DNA of 64,000 nt. It comes from an uncultured Nitrososphaerota archaeon (lineage in GTDB: Archaea > Thermoproteota > Nitrososphaeria > Nitrososphaerales > Nitrosopumilaceae). The DNA is taken from positions 896,001 to 960,000 of the forward strand of contig OY969559.1 of assembly GCA_963701075.1 (NCBI GenBank). Direction: 5' to 3'. The notes under the pieces were generated by a model. It had not been told where the DNA came from. It saw only the letters and a list, made by a program, of their open reading frames with translations, and did not search any database. Below, piece after piece: positions 19,950 to 29,774 of this stretch. The position numbers were made by a program, and so were the translations under genes. Each line of letters opens with the position of its first letter. Position 1 is the first letter of the stretch.

Positions 19950-21433
19950 ATCCCATAACTGGACCACTTGGAATCAACGAGTTTCTTGGTATCTTCATCT
20001 GATTTTACAAGTTCCTGAATTTCTCTTTGGTATCCTTCTTCCTTTGTTTTCTGTGTAGCGTCAATTCCAAGTTTTGAGCCCAGATTGACCAGTGGTGATG
20101 CTGGGTCAAGAGTATCAGTAGGGGTGTTGTTAACTATGGTAACATCTCTTGCCGCATCTGCACGAGTTGTAACTGCCCATATTACATCATTCATGTCGTG
20201 TACGTTGACGTCCTCGTCGACTACGACAAAAATTTTTGTTAGTGCAAGCTGGCCCATTCCCCACAAGCCCATCATGACTTTTTTTGCCTGTCCTGGGTAT
20301 CGTTTCTTGATTGATATTATTGCCATCCCTTGGAACCATCCTGCAGCAGGCATTGAAAAATCAACTACCTCTGGATGAAACATTCTGATGAGTGGAAGAA
20401 ATGAGCGCTCTATTACTTTTCCAATGAAAGCATCTTCTAAGATTGGTTTTCCGACTATGGTAGTTAGGTAGATTGGTTTTTGTCTTCTCATAATTCCAGT
20501 TAATGTAAACACTGGATATGGTTCAGGCGGCGTGTAGTATCCAGTGTGATCACCAAATGGACCTTCCATTCTGATATCTGAAGGGTCCACATATCCCTCA
20601 AGTATCATCTCTGCATTTGCAGGTACTTCGAGATCAACTGTTCTACATTTTACAGTCTTGATTCCTGTCTTTCTTGTGATTCCTGCAAAGACATACTTGT
20701 CAAGTCCTTCTGGCACTGGTGCAACGGCAGAAAAAACTGTAGCAGGGTCTGCACCGATTATTACCGCTACCTCTATCTTGCTACCCGAATCTTTTTTGAT
20801 ATCATAATGATGTGCTCCACGTTTGTGCTTTTGCCAGTGCATGAGAGCATGAGTCTTGTCTAAAACCTGCATCCTGTATACCCCAAGATTTCTAACTCCT
20901 GTCTCGGGATGTTTTGTGGCAGCAAGACCAAACGTAATGAACCTTCCTGCATCCTTTGGCCATGTCTTCAAGATTGGAATTTTTTCAAATGACGGCAAGT
21001 CTTCAAACACTTCTGTTACAGGGCCACTCTTTTGTAATTTCGGTGCAATGTCCGTTATCTTTGAAAGCTCTGGAAGTTTTCGTAGTTTATCAAAAATTCC
21101 ACTTGGAACTTCCATGCGAGTCATATCAACAATCCTCTGACCAATTTCCGTGAAATCAGAACTCTCTAATCCAATTTCTAATCGCTTCATGGAACCAAAA
21201 GCATTTCCTAAAACTGGCATGTCATAATTTTTTACATTTTCAAAAAGGACTGCGGGACCATTTGAATACATGACGCGACTTAGAATTTCTGAAATCTCAA
21301 GATTGGCGTCAACCTGCGTCTTTACTCTTTTTAGCTCACCTGCTTTTTCGAGCTTGTCTACAAACTCGGAAAGCTCCTCAATTGGCACAACGTCTATTGA
21401 ATATGTATCTGGTATAAGCTTAACTGGATTCAT
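19946..21433 (-). CDS. ubiD: UbiD-family (menaquinone biosynthesis) decarboxylase
   Basis: NLGVYRMQ, EGPFGDHTGYY, VVDEDV, DTLDPAS and KLGIDAT motifs. Confidence 0.92.
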   Translation of the reverse strand: MNPVKLIPDTYSIDVVPIEELSEFVDKLEKAGELKRVKTQVDANLEISEILSRVMYSNGPAVLFENVKNYDMPVLGNAFGSMKRLEIGLESSDFTEIGQRIVDMTRMEVPSGIFDKLRKLPELSKITDIAPKLQKSGPVTEVFEDLPSFEKIPILKTWPKDAGRFITFGLAATKHPETGVRNLGVYRMQVLDKTHALMHWQKHKRGAHHYDIKKDSGSKIEVAVIIGADPATVFSAVAPVPEGLDKYVFAGITRKTGIKTVKCRTVDLEVPANAEMILEGYVDPSDIRMEGPFGDHTGYYTPPEPYPVFTLTGIMRRQKPIYLTTIVGKPILEDAFIGKVIERSFLPLIRMFHPEVVDFSMPAAGWFQGMAIISIKKRYPGQAKKVMMGLWGMGQLALTKIFVVVDEDVNVHDMNDVIWAVTTRADAARDVTIVNNTPTDTLDPASPLVNLGSKLGIDATQKTKEEGYQREIQELVKSDEDTKKLVDSKWSSYGI

Positions 21434-21496
21434 ACTGAGAAACAGGAAAGGGTTTTAACAAAAGAACTTTAATATCCTCTAAGGGAATGGCATAAG

Positions 21497-21727
21497 TTGT
21501 CCGGCCAAAAATGCTCCGTCTGTGGCGGCGGTGGGAAGATTGTTCTTTTAGATACTCAATGTTCTTTTTGCAACGGAACTGGGGAATATAGCAGAACTGC
21601 AGACAGTTACATGAAGTCGCATATTTGTCAATGCATCTTTTTGGACAGGATAACATGTCCACTTTGTGGAAAGAAATGTCATCACGACACTCCAAACAAA
21701 CCAAAAATTTTGATAGGTCCAGTCTAG
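21497..21727 (+). CDS. Small Cys/His-rich zinc-finger protein
   Basis: CSVCGGGG and CSFCNGTG (DnaJ-like CxxCxGxG), plus HICQC..CPLCGKKCHH. Confidence 0.75.
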   Translation: MSGQKCSVCGGGGKIVLLDTQCSFCNGTGEYSRTADSYMKSHICQCIFLDRITCPLCGKKCHHDTPNKPKILIGPV

Positions 21728-22101
21728 ATAATAGGTGGCAATTCGTTTTTCTTGTCGTGACCGCCAGATCCAAACCTGCAGTAAAAACATTGGTCTGATT
21801 GCATGTACTTTAGCTGTTCAACCTTTATCGCTCCAATTTTTAGCGCAATCTTGGTGAGGATCCTGTACTTGAGCGGCATTGCGGGAATCACCTCTTTTAG
21901 ATAAACGCGATAATGGTCAGGACAGAACTTTAACGTAATACTGCTTGATTCCTTGGAGGTCTCGCTTACCGTCTTGGCTACGTTGATCTGCTCCCTTATG
22001 TATTCATGCTTTGGGCAAGGGCAATCCTTTCCCCCTGGGTGCTTGTATGCAGGCGTGTTTTTCCAGTCAAATTCGGGATATTCCTTCTCAAAATCGTCCA
22101 A
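21724..22101 (-). CDS. Hypothetical Cys-containing protein
   Basis: 125-aa ORF with CPCPKH, FCPDH and CFYC. Confidence 0.7.
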   Translation of the reverse strand: MDDFEKEYPEFDWKNTPAYKHPGGKDCPCPKHEYIREQINVAKTVSETSKESSSITLKFCPDHYRVYLKEVIPAMPLKYRILTKIALKIGAIKVEQLKYMQSDQCFYCRFGSGGHDKKNELPPII

Positions 22102-22199
22102 TGGCTTAAAATCGGCCTTTAGTCATATAAAACTTCTATAAATACTAGAATTACACGTGATCAAAATCTAAATAAACTACTTTACCAGAAAGCAAATAC

Positions 22200-23333
22200 A
22201 TGTCAAAAGAATCTAAACCAAAAAAAACACGTTCTACTAAAAAAGTTTCAGAGGGCGAATCTCATCATACAGCGGAACTTGAAGCAAAAATAGCAGAGCT
22301 TGAGGCCAAGCTTACTAATTTATCTTCACAGGTAAAGCCAGCAGAGGCAAAACATACTCACACGGCACCTCCGCCAAAACCATCCTCTTCACGCGGTACA
22401 TTGCCTGCTGGATTTAACGCACCACCACCAACTCCCAAGGAGACTCCAAAACCAGAACCGGCAAAACCAAGACCTGCTGCTTCAGGTCCAACACATGGTA
22501 CATTACCAGCTGGTTTCAAAGCACCACCTCCACCAACACCAAAGGAGGAGCCAAGGGCAACACCATCATCTGAATCAACATACTCAGGTGACGTATCACC
22601 AACATATGCTAAATTAAGCTCCACAGGTTACACTGGAAACAAGTATTTTGCAACAAGACCTAGATTGTCGTATCATCCTGCAAACAAACAGTTTACAGGA
22701 TCAGGATCAAAAACTACTACAACCACTACAACTACTGCACCGCCACCTCCACCACCGCCAGCTCCCGAACCAGCACCAAAACCATCATCTTCACGCGGTA
22801 CATTGCCTGCTGGAACGGTAGAATCAGAAAAGAAATCGATGTGGAGGTCAAAGGGTTCAGAATATGAGAATTATGTTTCAGAGGAAGAGACTCGTAAAGC
22901 GCCTCCACCTCCACCAAAACCATCATCTTCACGCGGTACATTGCCTGCTGGATTTAACGCACCACCACCAACTCCCAAGGAGACTCCAAAACCAGAACCG
23001 GCAAAACCAAGACCTGCTGCTTCAGGTCCAACACATGGTACATTACCAGCTGGTTTCAAAGCACCACCTCCACCAACACCAAAGGAGGAGCCAAGGGCAA
23101 CACCATCATCTGAATCAACATACTCAGGTGACGTATCACCAACATATGCTAAATTAAGCTCCACAGGTTACACTGGAAACAAGTATTTTGCAACAAGACC
23201 TAGATTGTCGTATCATCCTGCAAACAAACAGTTTACAGGATCAGGATCAAAAACTACTGCAGCGCCACCAGCGCCAGAGCCGGCAAAACCAAAAACTCTA
23301 CGCGGTACACTGCCAGCAGGTTTTAAGCCTTAA
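22200..23333 (+). CDS. Pro/Thr-rich low-complexity protein with a short N-terminal coiled coil and repeated (R/H)GTLPAG motifs
   Basis: 377-aa ORF; ELEAKIAELEAKL coiled coil; six GTLPAG motifs; internal duplication. Confidence 0.8.
   Translation: MSKESKPKKTRSTKKVSEGESHHTAELEAKIAELEAKLTNLSSQVKPAEAKHTHTAPPPKPSSSRGTLPAGFNAPPPTPKETPKPEPAKPRPAASGPTHGTLPAGFKAPPPPTPKEEPRATPSSESTYSGDVSPTYAKLSSTGYTGNKYFATRPRLSYHPANKQFTGSGSKTTTTTTTTAPPPPPPPAPEPAPKPSSSRGTLPAGTVESEKKSMWRSKGSEYENYVSEEETRKAPPPPPKPSSSRGTLPAGFNAPPPTPKETPKPEPAKPRPAASGPTHGTLPAGFKAPPPPTPKEEPRATPSSESTYSGDVSPTYAKLSSTGYTGNKYFATRPRLSYHPANKQFTGSGSKTTAAPPAPEPAKPKTLRGTLPAGFKP
22386..23258 (+). repeat. Exact 333-bp direct repeat (22386-22718 = 22926-23258, offset 540)
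   Basis: Line-by-line nucleotide identity, including synonymous sites. Confidence 0.95.
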
Positions 23334-23781
23334 AGGCTTCTAGTACTTCTTGTGAGTGTCCTGCAGGTTTTACTTTTTCAAAAACCCTAAAAATTTTTCC
23401 TTTTTCATCTACTAGGAAAGTTGTTCTGTTTACTCCCATGTACTCACGTCCCATGAACTGTTTCTTTCCCCAGACGCCAAATTTCTTTGCCACATCTTTG
23501 TCTGTATCAGCAAGCAAGATGAATGGAACACTCATCTTCTCACCAAACTTTTTGTGAGACTCTTCATCGTCAGGGCTTATCCCGACTATCTCAATTCCGG
23601 CACTCTTGAATTTCTTGTAATCGCGAGCAAATTCTGCAGCCTCTGTCGTACATCCAGGCGTGAAATCTTTTGGGTAAAAGTAGACAACATATTTTTTTCC
23701 CTTAAAGTCTGCTTTTTTGAGAATCTTTCCCTCTGCATCCTTTAACGCAAAATCCGGAACTTGTTCTCCTTCAGCTAACAT
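23323..23781 (-). CDS. bcp: Peroxiredoxin Bcp/PrxQ
   Basis: YFYPKDFTPGCTTEA motif and RTTFLVD. Confidence 0.95.
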   Translation of the reverse strand: MLAEGEQVPDFALKDAEGKILKKADFKGKKYVVYFYPKDFTPGCTTEAAEFARDYKKFKSAGIEIVGISPDDEESHKKFGEKMSVPFILLADTDKDVAKKFGVWGKKQFMGREYMGVNRTTFLVDEKGKIFRVFEKVKPAGHSQEVLEAFKA

Positions 23782-23871
23782 GGTATCAAAAATAACGAAT
23801 CCCTAATTATTTTTTGTCAAGTGATTTCGAATGTTTTATATGGTATGCGCCTTAGGTGAAATTTCAGTAAT

Positions 23872-24582
23872 ATGGTAAATCCACGTGCATGGCTTGCTGA
23901 AGCAATTGGAACATACTGCTTGGTCTTCTTTGGACCTGTTGCCATTGGGCTTGCGGCAGTTGCATATGGAACTGGGCTATCAATTCAAGCAATAGTGATG
24001 ATAGCACTTGCACATGGAGCCGCAATAGGCCTCATGGTTTACGCGTTTGGACACGTATCTGGGGGGCACTTTAACCCGGCTGTTACTATTTCCATGTTGG
24101 TAACAAAACGAATCAACGTCAAAGACGGCATGGTGTATATAATTTTCCAACTTATTGGTGCAATAGTTGCTGCTGCCTCTTACAAGGCTATTTTACCTGA
24201 TATTGGCGCGAGGGTAAACTATGGAACTCAGGCTGGGCCAAGTGCATTACTTCATAACAGTGTCTCGTCTGGATTTGCAGTAGAAACAATTCTCACATTC
24301 TTCCTTGTAACAGTGATTTTCATGACTGCAGTGCACAAAAAAGCTCCCGCTGGAATGTATGGTCTTGCAATAGGCGGGATGATATTTTTGATACACTTGA
24401 TTGGAGTGCCACTAACGGGAGCAAGTGTCAACCCTGCAAGAACATTTGGACCTGCGCTAATCTCTGGATACTGGAACTATGACTGGATGTATTGGGCAGC
24501 TCCCATTACTGGTGCAATAATTGCAGGATTGATAATGAACTATGTCTTTACCAAAAAGGCAGAACAAGAAGAAATAGCGTAG
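23872..24582 (+). CDS. MIP-family aquaporin
   Basis: SGGHFNPAVT and GASVNPART (two NPA motifs); six TM helices. Confidence 0.95.
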   Translation: MVNPRAWLAEAIGTYCLVFFGPVAIGLAAVAYGTGLSIQAIVMIALAHGAAIGLMVYAFGHVSGGHFNPAVTISMLVTKRINVKDGMVYIIFQLIGAIVAAASYKAILPDIGARVNYGTQAGPSALLHNSVSSGFAVETILTFFLVTVIFMTAVHKKAPAGMYGLAIGGMIFLIHLIGVPLTGASVNPARTFGPALISGYWNYDWMYWAAPITGAIIAGLIMNYVFTKKAEQEEIA

Positions 24583-24633
24583 TTTTTCTATTTATTTGAA
24601 ATGTATTATAACGGGTCAACTGAAAGTTTCTTT

Positions 24634-24708
24634 GGACCCGTTGCACAGCTTGGATAGTGCGCGAGCTTGCGGAGCTTGAGGTCGGGGGTTCGAGTCCCCT
24701 CGGGTCCG
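24634..24708 (+). tRNA. tRNA-Arg(GCG)
   Basis: Acceptor GGACCCG/CGGGTCC, anticodon arm CGAGC-TTGCGGA-GCTTG, T arm GGGGG-TTCGAGT-CCCCT; no encoded CCA; TATA at ~24605. Confidence 0.95.
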
Positions 24709-25353
24709 TTGTATCTGTTATCAGGAGCCCTGCTTATTTTTGATGACAATCTTGCCATTTGGAAGGGGATTTTGGTAGAATACCTAAAGATTCATGCACT
24801 ATGAATTGAAAAGAACCTAAAACCTATCTGGCTTTATCAATAATTTCTATTTCTTCTTTGTGATTGTTTAATGGAATCATAATTAAATGCATGAATTAAT
24901 TTCGTGCAATTTCATTCATAATCGTAATTAATTCATCTGGAAACTTCTGGTTAGAGTCTAATTTCAATAACACCATATTCATTAAGATATCTTTGCTAAT
25001 TGAACTCTTAAAGAATTCTCGTCCTATGTCAGATAAGAGAATTTTTGGATCAACATAAGATAACCAACAGTTATCCCAAACATGCATCACATCTTTTTCT
25101 AATGAAGTGATTTTTGTATCTAATTCGCTTAGTAATTTCTCAGTTCTTTGCCTTCTCACATTATAATAATTTTTTATCTCATCTATTGCCTTTTGACCAT
25201 CTGGCAATTTTGGTTGAGGAGGATTTAGTTTTGCGTTTTCTTCAAAAAGGAATTTGTCTAAAACTGTTTGTTGCACATATTTCATAGAGATTTTTTTTAC
25301 GGCTTCAATAAAATCACTGTGTGATTTAATCTCATTTTTTCCTATTGTACTAT

Positions 25354-26227
25354 CAACTCATCCTAAAACCCTCCAATACATCATTATTCCAGTAATGTTA
25401 AGAAATGCCAGATAATTTTCTGCAATTCTCTCATATCTGATTCTAATTCTGTGGAATCCACATTTGAGCCATGCAAAGAATCTCTCCACCACGTATCTTG
25501 TCCTGTTGTAATTACTCTGACTTTTCTTATTGTTGTTATTTTTGAAATTTCTGGATGGAATGCAGTCCCTGATGTTTCTATTCTTTAGATACTCTCTAAT
25601 CTTTTTTGCATCATAACCCTTGTCTGCATATACAGCTACGATCTGTTCTATGGAATCATCATCAAGATATTCAGAGATGTTTTCCATCACATCGATGAGC
25701 TTTGTTGAATCATGCTCATTTGCAGGACCAATAATTATTGATACTGGAAGTGAATTGCAATCTACTGCAACATGTATTTTCGTGCCTGATATTCTTTTGA
25801 ATCCGTCGTATCCTGTCACATCTCCCCTTTTTTGGCTGCAACAGTTGACGAATCAACCGATACCTTTTGCAGCTGTATCTTCCCTGAATGGTGTGCTGAT
25901 TTTATTGCATCAGATAAGATATTTTGCCAGATTCCTTTTTGCTGCCATTTCTGCAATCTGAGATGAGCAGTTGATTTTGAGCCGTATCTTTTTGGCATCT
26001 CCTCCCACCTGCAGCCGGTAACCAGAATAAACATGATTCCATTTATTGTGGTACGGTCATCACACCTTGGTCTGCCTGTTCTGGCAGGCGATGGAAGGTG
26101 TTTTTGTATTGTTTCCCATTGTTTGTCTGAGATTTCTTGGAATTTCATGGAATCAGTGTGATTATTCCATCTGATAGATCCAGTGATCGTCAAAAATTTA
26201 CTAAATGATCAGTTTTAGGATGAGTTG
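25354..26227 (-). mobile_element. IS5-family insertion sequence, 874 bp
   Basis: Perfect 16-bp terminal IRs CAACTCATCCTAAAAC (25354-25369) and GTTTTAGGATGAGTTG (26212-26227); 3-bp target duplication TAT (25351-53, 26228-30). Confidence 0.95.
25358..26148 (-). CDS. IS5-family transposase in two overlapping ORFs (probable programmed -1 frameshift)
   Basis: OrfA ISDKQW..GRPR.DDR..TGCRW..VDSS; slippery AAAAAAG at ~25827-25833; OrfB GTKIHVAVD..ADKGYD..RYVVERFFAWL (DDE). Confidence 0.9.
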
Positions 26228-27693
26228 TATATATTTCGAAAAGAACTGGAGAATCTAGTATGAAATTTTCAATTTCTCGTCTAGACCAGAAAAATATCTT
26301 GTTCGGTGCTTTCTTCATCATAGTTTCAATTTCAGCATCAGAAAAAAAATCACGATCTTTAATCATTGCCACTCTTCCAAGATTAGAAATTATTTCAAGT
26401 ATTTCAGGTGTCATATGAGAACCACCATTAAAAACTTCAAATTTGATGTTTGAATTATCGATACGAATTTTTGATAGAATTTCTTTATCTGTTGATCCTT
26501 CTACAAAAACTGTTTTATCATATGCGATAAAATTGAATTTTGATGAACCAAGTTTTTCATAAAGTAATAATTTATCGACCTCGTCTTTTATGTTAATTAA
26601 TTGATTATCATCCTGTTTCCTTAGGTGAAATAACGATTCATCAGGAGTTAAAGAAATTATTTCTGACGAATGAGTTGTCATGAAAACCTGATTTCCAGTT
26701 TTCGTCATCTCTTGAAGGTAATGAAATGCGGCTTTTTGTGAACTGGGATGTAAATGTAATTCTGGTTCATCGAAAAGAATTATTGAATGGGACATTTTTA
26801 GAGTATGTAAAGTAAAATATGTCATTAAAATTTCTCTTTCGCCTGAACTTAGCGAATCTAGATCTAAAGTACCATCTTCATTTTTTACAAAGATCTCTCC
26901 AATAACTCCACGCTTGAATTTTACAATTATTTCTCTTCCAATCAATTTTTTAATTAGTTCTACTATCTCAGGAAAACGCTTATCCGCACTTTCTATAAGA
27001 CGATCATCTGCATATATGCTAAGAATGGTTTGTTTTAGACGAACAAACTTGTTTTGTGGATTAAGACCCAGTCTAGAAGATAAAAAAAACTCATTGTTTT
27101 GTTGACCTACTTCTAGTTGTGCTTTGCCTTCTTGGTAATTTCTATAAGCTGAAATGTACTCAATGATGGTGTTTTCGCTACCTTCTTGAGGTATTTTGAA
27201 TATTTGATTACATGCAATTGATTGAAAATTTTTCCAACTCCCATGATCGTATTCTATGCCAATTGTAGCTTTTTTATCTTCGCCGATGATCTTCTTCTCG
27301 TGTTCAGTAGTTGGTGTAATTTCTAGCATAATTTTTGCTTTCTCTTCACCATTTCTGATCATGTTGTTCACATAGTCAGGATTATCACTCAATTGTGATT
27401 CTTGACGGTGATACGGATATAATCTTGATTTAACAAATCGAATTGCTTCTAGAATGGATGTTTTGCCAACTCCATTAGGACCAGCAATTATTATGAGATT
27501 TGGAATATCTTTTAAATTTAATTTCTTAATTGATTTAAAATTTTCAATTTCAATCCCAGTTATTTTCATATAAACATAACAAAATCAGTCCAAGATAAAT
27601 CAATTTATCATGCTTTCAAGCGTGTTTTATTTTTGGTAGTAGTTTAAAGAATAATGAATTTAACAAATATATCTACTAATATCTTTCAGATTT

Positions 27694-27996
27694 TTACCCT
27701 TTAGAGTCATCCGTGATCTCTCTTATGCTTCCACTTCCAATCTTTATTTTAGGATACACCGCCATTCCTTCCACATATTCTTCCTTTTGATCATCATAGT
27801 AATTAAAACGCCCAGCGTCAGGAAAGTCTCGTAAAAGTTCTATTGTTAATATTTTTTCTCTGTTCGGCGCCTGCGTTATTTCATGAGTATGTGCATATAC
27901 CTCAACTGTTTTTTTGATACGTGGCTCAAACCATTTACCTAAAACCAGTTTTACATAATACTCTTCTGCCACTTCATACGTTATAATTAAAATCAT
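27694..27996 (-). CDS. Hypothetical protein
   Basis: 100-aa ORF in the island; no recognised motif. Confidence 0.55.
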   Translation of the reverse strand: MILIITYEVAEEYYVKLVLGKWFEPRIKKTVEVYAHTHEITQAPNREKILTIELLRDFPDAGRFNYYDDQKEEYVEGMAVYPKIKIGSGSIREITDDSKG

Positions 27997-28057
27997 AATT
28001 AAGAATTTCCAACAAATCCTAAATTACGTATTACCAGTCTGAAAGTGAACTTTAAGA

Positions 28058-28660
28058 CTATTTTGATGAAATTCTTATTTTTGTTCTTGCTAAACTTTTT
28101 TCAAATTCTTCAATAAGCGGGCGAATCTTAATGCCATTATGATAATAAATGGATAATAGTTTTTTAAATTCTTTTTCATTTTTACAAAATACTATTTTAT
28201 CAATAATGTAAGTTGAGTTTATAGTAAGGTTCTCTATTTCTTTAAATTTTTTACCCATTTCAGGATCAGCATAGTAAAAGCGTAAAGTTGAGAGAAACCG
28301 CGAGCTAAAACTATAATGAGCGTATAGTTGTTTTTTATATTCTTTGTATTCTTCAGACATTTTTTCATATGGAAAATCTTTCTCATCTTTTGGAAGAATT
28401 ATGTCATCATCTATGGGTGGTATAATATTTGATGAATTCCAATTCACATATGTAGTAAATATCATGTCATAAAACATGTCATTAAGATTTGCAGAGGATT
28501 TAGGCCCTCTCTCATAATCTGAAAGAATTTCTCTCTTAATGTTGTTGATCTCTTTTCTTTTTTGCCAATTGCTGGCAGTTAATCCAGTAGTCACACAAGC
28601 TCCTAACACGGGAATTGAAACTAAAATTATATCTTTAGCAAGACCATAATCAAAATCCAT
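28058..28660 (-). CDS. Hypothetical protein with one N-terminal TM helix
   Basis: IILVSIPVLGACVTTGL TM followed by a charged helical domain; AT-rich. Confidence 0.65.
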   Translation of the reverse strand: MDFDYGLAKDIILVSIPVLGACVTTGLTASNWQKRKEINNIKREILSDYERGPKSSANLNDMFYDMIFTTYVNWNSSNIIPPIDDDIILPKDEKDFPYEKMSEEYKEYKKQLYAHYSFSSRFLSTLRFYYADPEMGKKFKEIENLTINSTYIIDKIVFCKNEKEFKKLLSIYYHNGIKIRPLIEEFEKSLARTKIRISSK

Positions 28661-28810
28661 TGTTATGGTATTCTACCGCCTTTAGATATGATAAACTCTC
28701 GTATCAGTTTTATCCGGTACAATAATTATTTAAGGATGATCCAAATAGTTTATGTGCGGAATGTACTGTACAATACTAAAAGCATATTTACAGTAACCAT
28801 TAAACCACAT

Positions 28811-29044
28811 ATGTTGAATGACTATGAAAGACTGTCAATCACAAAGTGCCCGATGTGTGGTAGCCCGCATGAATACAATTTAACGATTGAGTATTCTCCG
28901 GTTTTTCAGCTATTAACAGTTATACCTAATACATCCAAAAAGAAATTTGAAGTTTATTTGACATGTCCTGTTAAAGACTCTACCTTCAAAGCAGTAATAG
29001 AATTAGATACTTCCGGTAAAAGTATATCTGGGGTGCATGAATAA
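28811..29044 (+). CDS. Small putative zinc-binding protein
   Basis: CPMCGSPH..CPV; its stop abuts the next ATG (TAAATG). Confidence 0.6.
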   Translation: MLNDYERLSITKCPMCGSPHEYNLTIEYSPVFQLLTVIPNTSKKKFEVYLTCPVKDSTFKAVIELDTSGKSISGVHE

Positions 29045-29536
29045 ATGGCCGAAAAAAAGGAAGAAGAGAAACACATTGAAGTTGATTCAACATCGCCTTT
29101 AACCCCTCACGAAAAAGCTTTACTTGCATTTGGTACCACTGCCTTAACTCAATCAGTTGATGCTCTGAAAGACTTTGCTAAAATAATGATCACATTACTT
29201 TCCGGTCTATTCGCAAGTTATTTTGCAATCTTAAAATTTTTAGGAGTATCAAGTACTGCAGACGTAAAGGCTCAAATCGTTAATTTAACAATGTTTCCGC
29301 CATTGCTTTTCATATTTAGCATAATAGTATTTGTATTGGCATTACTTCCAATGGAAGGTAAGGTGTCTCTAGATCTTCCTAAAAGCATAGAGAATTTCAG
29401 AAATACTTTGCTGAAATGGAAGAAAATAGAAGTTGCCATAGGAGTTTCCTTGTTTATAATTGGGATGTTTGTCATGATGGAAATATTCCTAATTTTATTA
29501 GTCTTAGAATCCGCAATCGTTTCTACTTGTTTATGA
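29045..29536 (+). CDS. Three-TM membrane protein
   Basis: Three hydrophobic segments; translationally coupled to the upstream gene. Confidence 0.65.
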   Translation: MAEKKEEEKHIEVDSTSPLTPHEKALLAFGTTALTQSVDALKDFAKIMITLLSGLFASYFAILKFLGVSSTADVKAQIVNLTMFPPLLFIFSIIVFVLALLPMEGKVSLDLPKSIENFRNTLLKWKKIEVAIGVSLFIIGMFVMMEIFLILLVLESAIVSTCL

Positions 29537-29774
29537 ATTAGTTAGGTTATGAAAATAAAAAATTAAGGAATGGAGTTTTGTAGCTACTCCGATTAGCTTA
29601 CTGCACACTTTCTGTTAAATTATTTTCACAAAATTTCTTGGGCTCGTGATTACTGTTATCAAGAGAACCCTCGGACTCGCATCCATAAATTCAAATCATG
29701 ATCGAGTCTTACAGTTTTTGAATTTCATGATATGAAAAGTATGATCCACAGAAAGTGAGTTATGAAATTTATTT

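Larger units (their letters stand above)
24896..27569 (-). pseudogene. ABC/AAA ATPase + TOPRIM-like nuclease (OLD/PARIS-fused-like), interrupted by IS5
   Basis: Walker A GPNGVGKT, LSSGE, FDEPELHLHP, TTHS, then FVEGSTD, KDRD and RREIEN. Removing 25354-26227 plus one TAT joins ..FEIY-STIGKNEIK..MKYVQ in frame, giving 598 aa. Confidence 0.85.

Noticed and set aside
24610-24642. Inverted repeat AACGGGTC/GACCCGTT pairing upstream DNA with the tRNA 5' end
   Set aside because: The upstream arm abuts the TATA box and is probably not transcribed; an 8-bp match may be chance.
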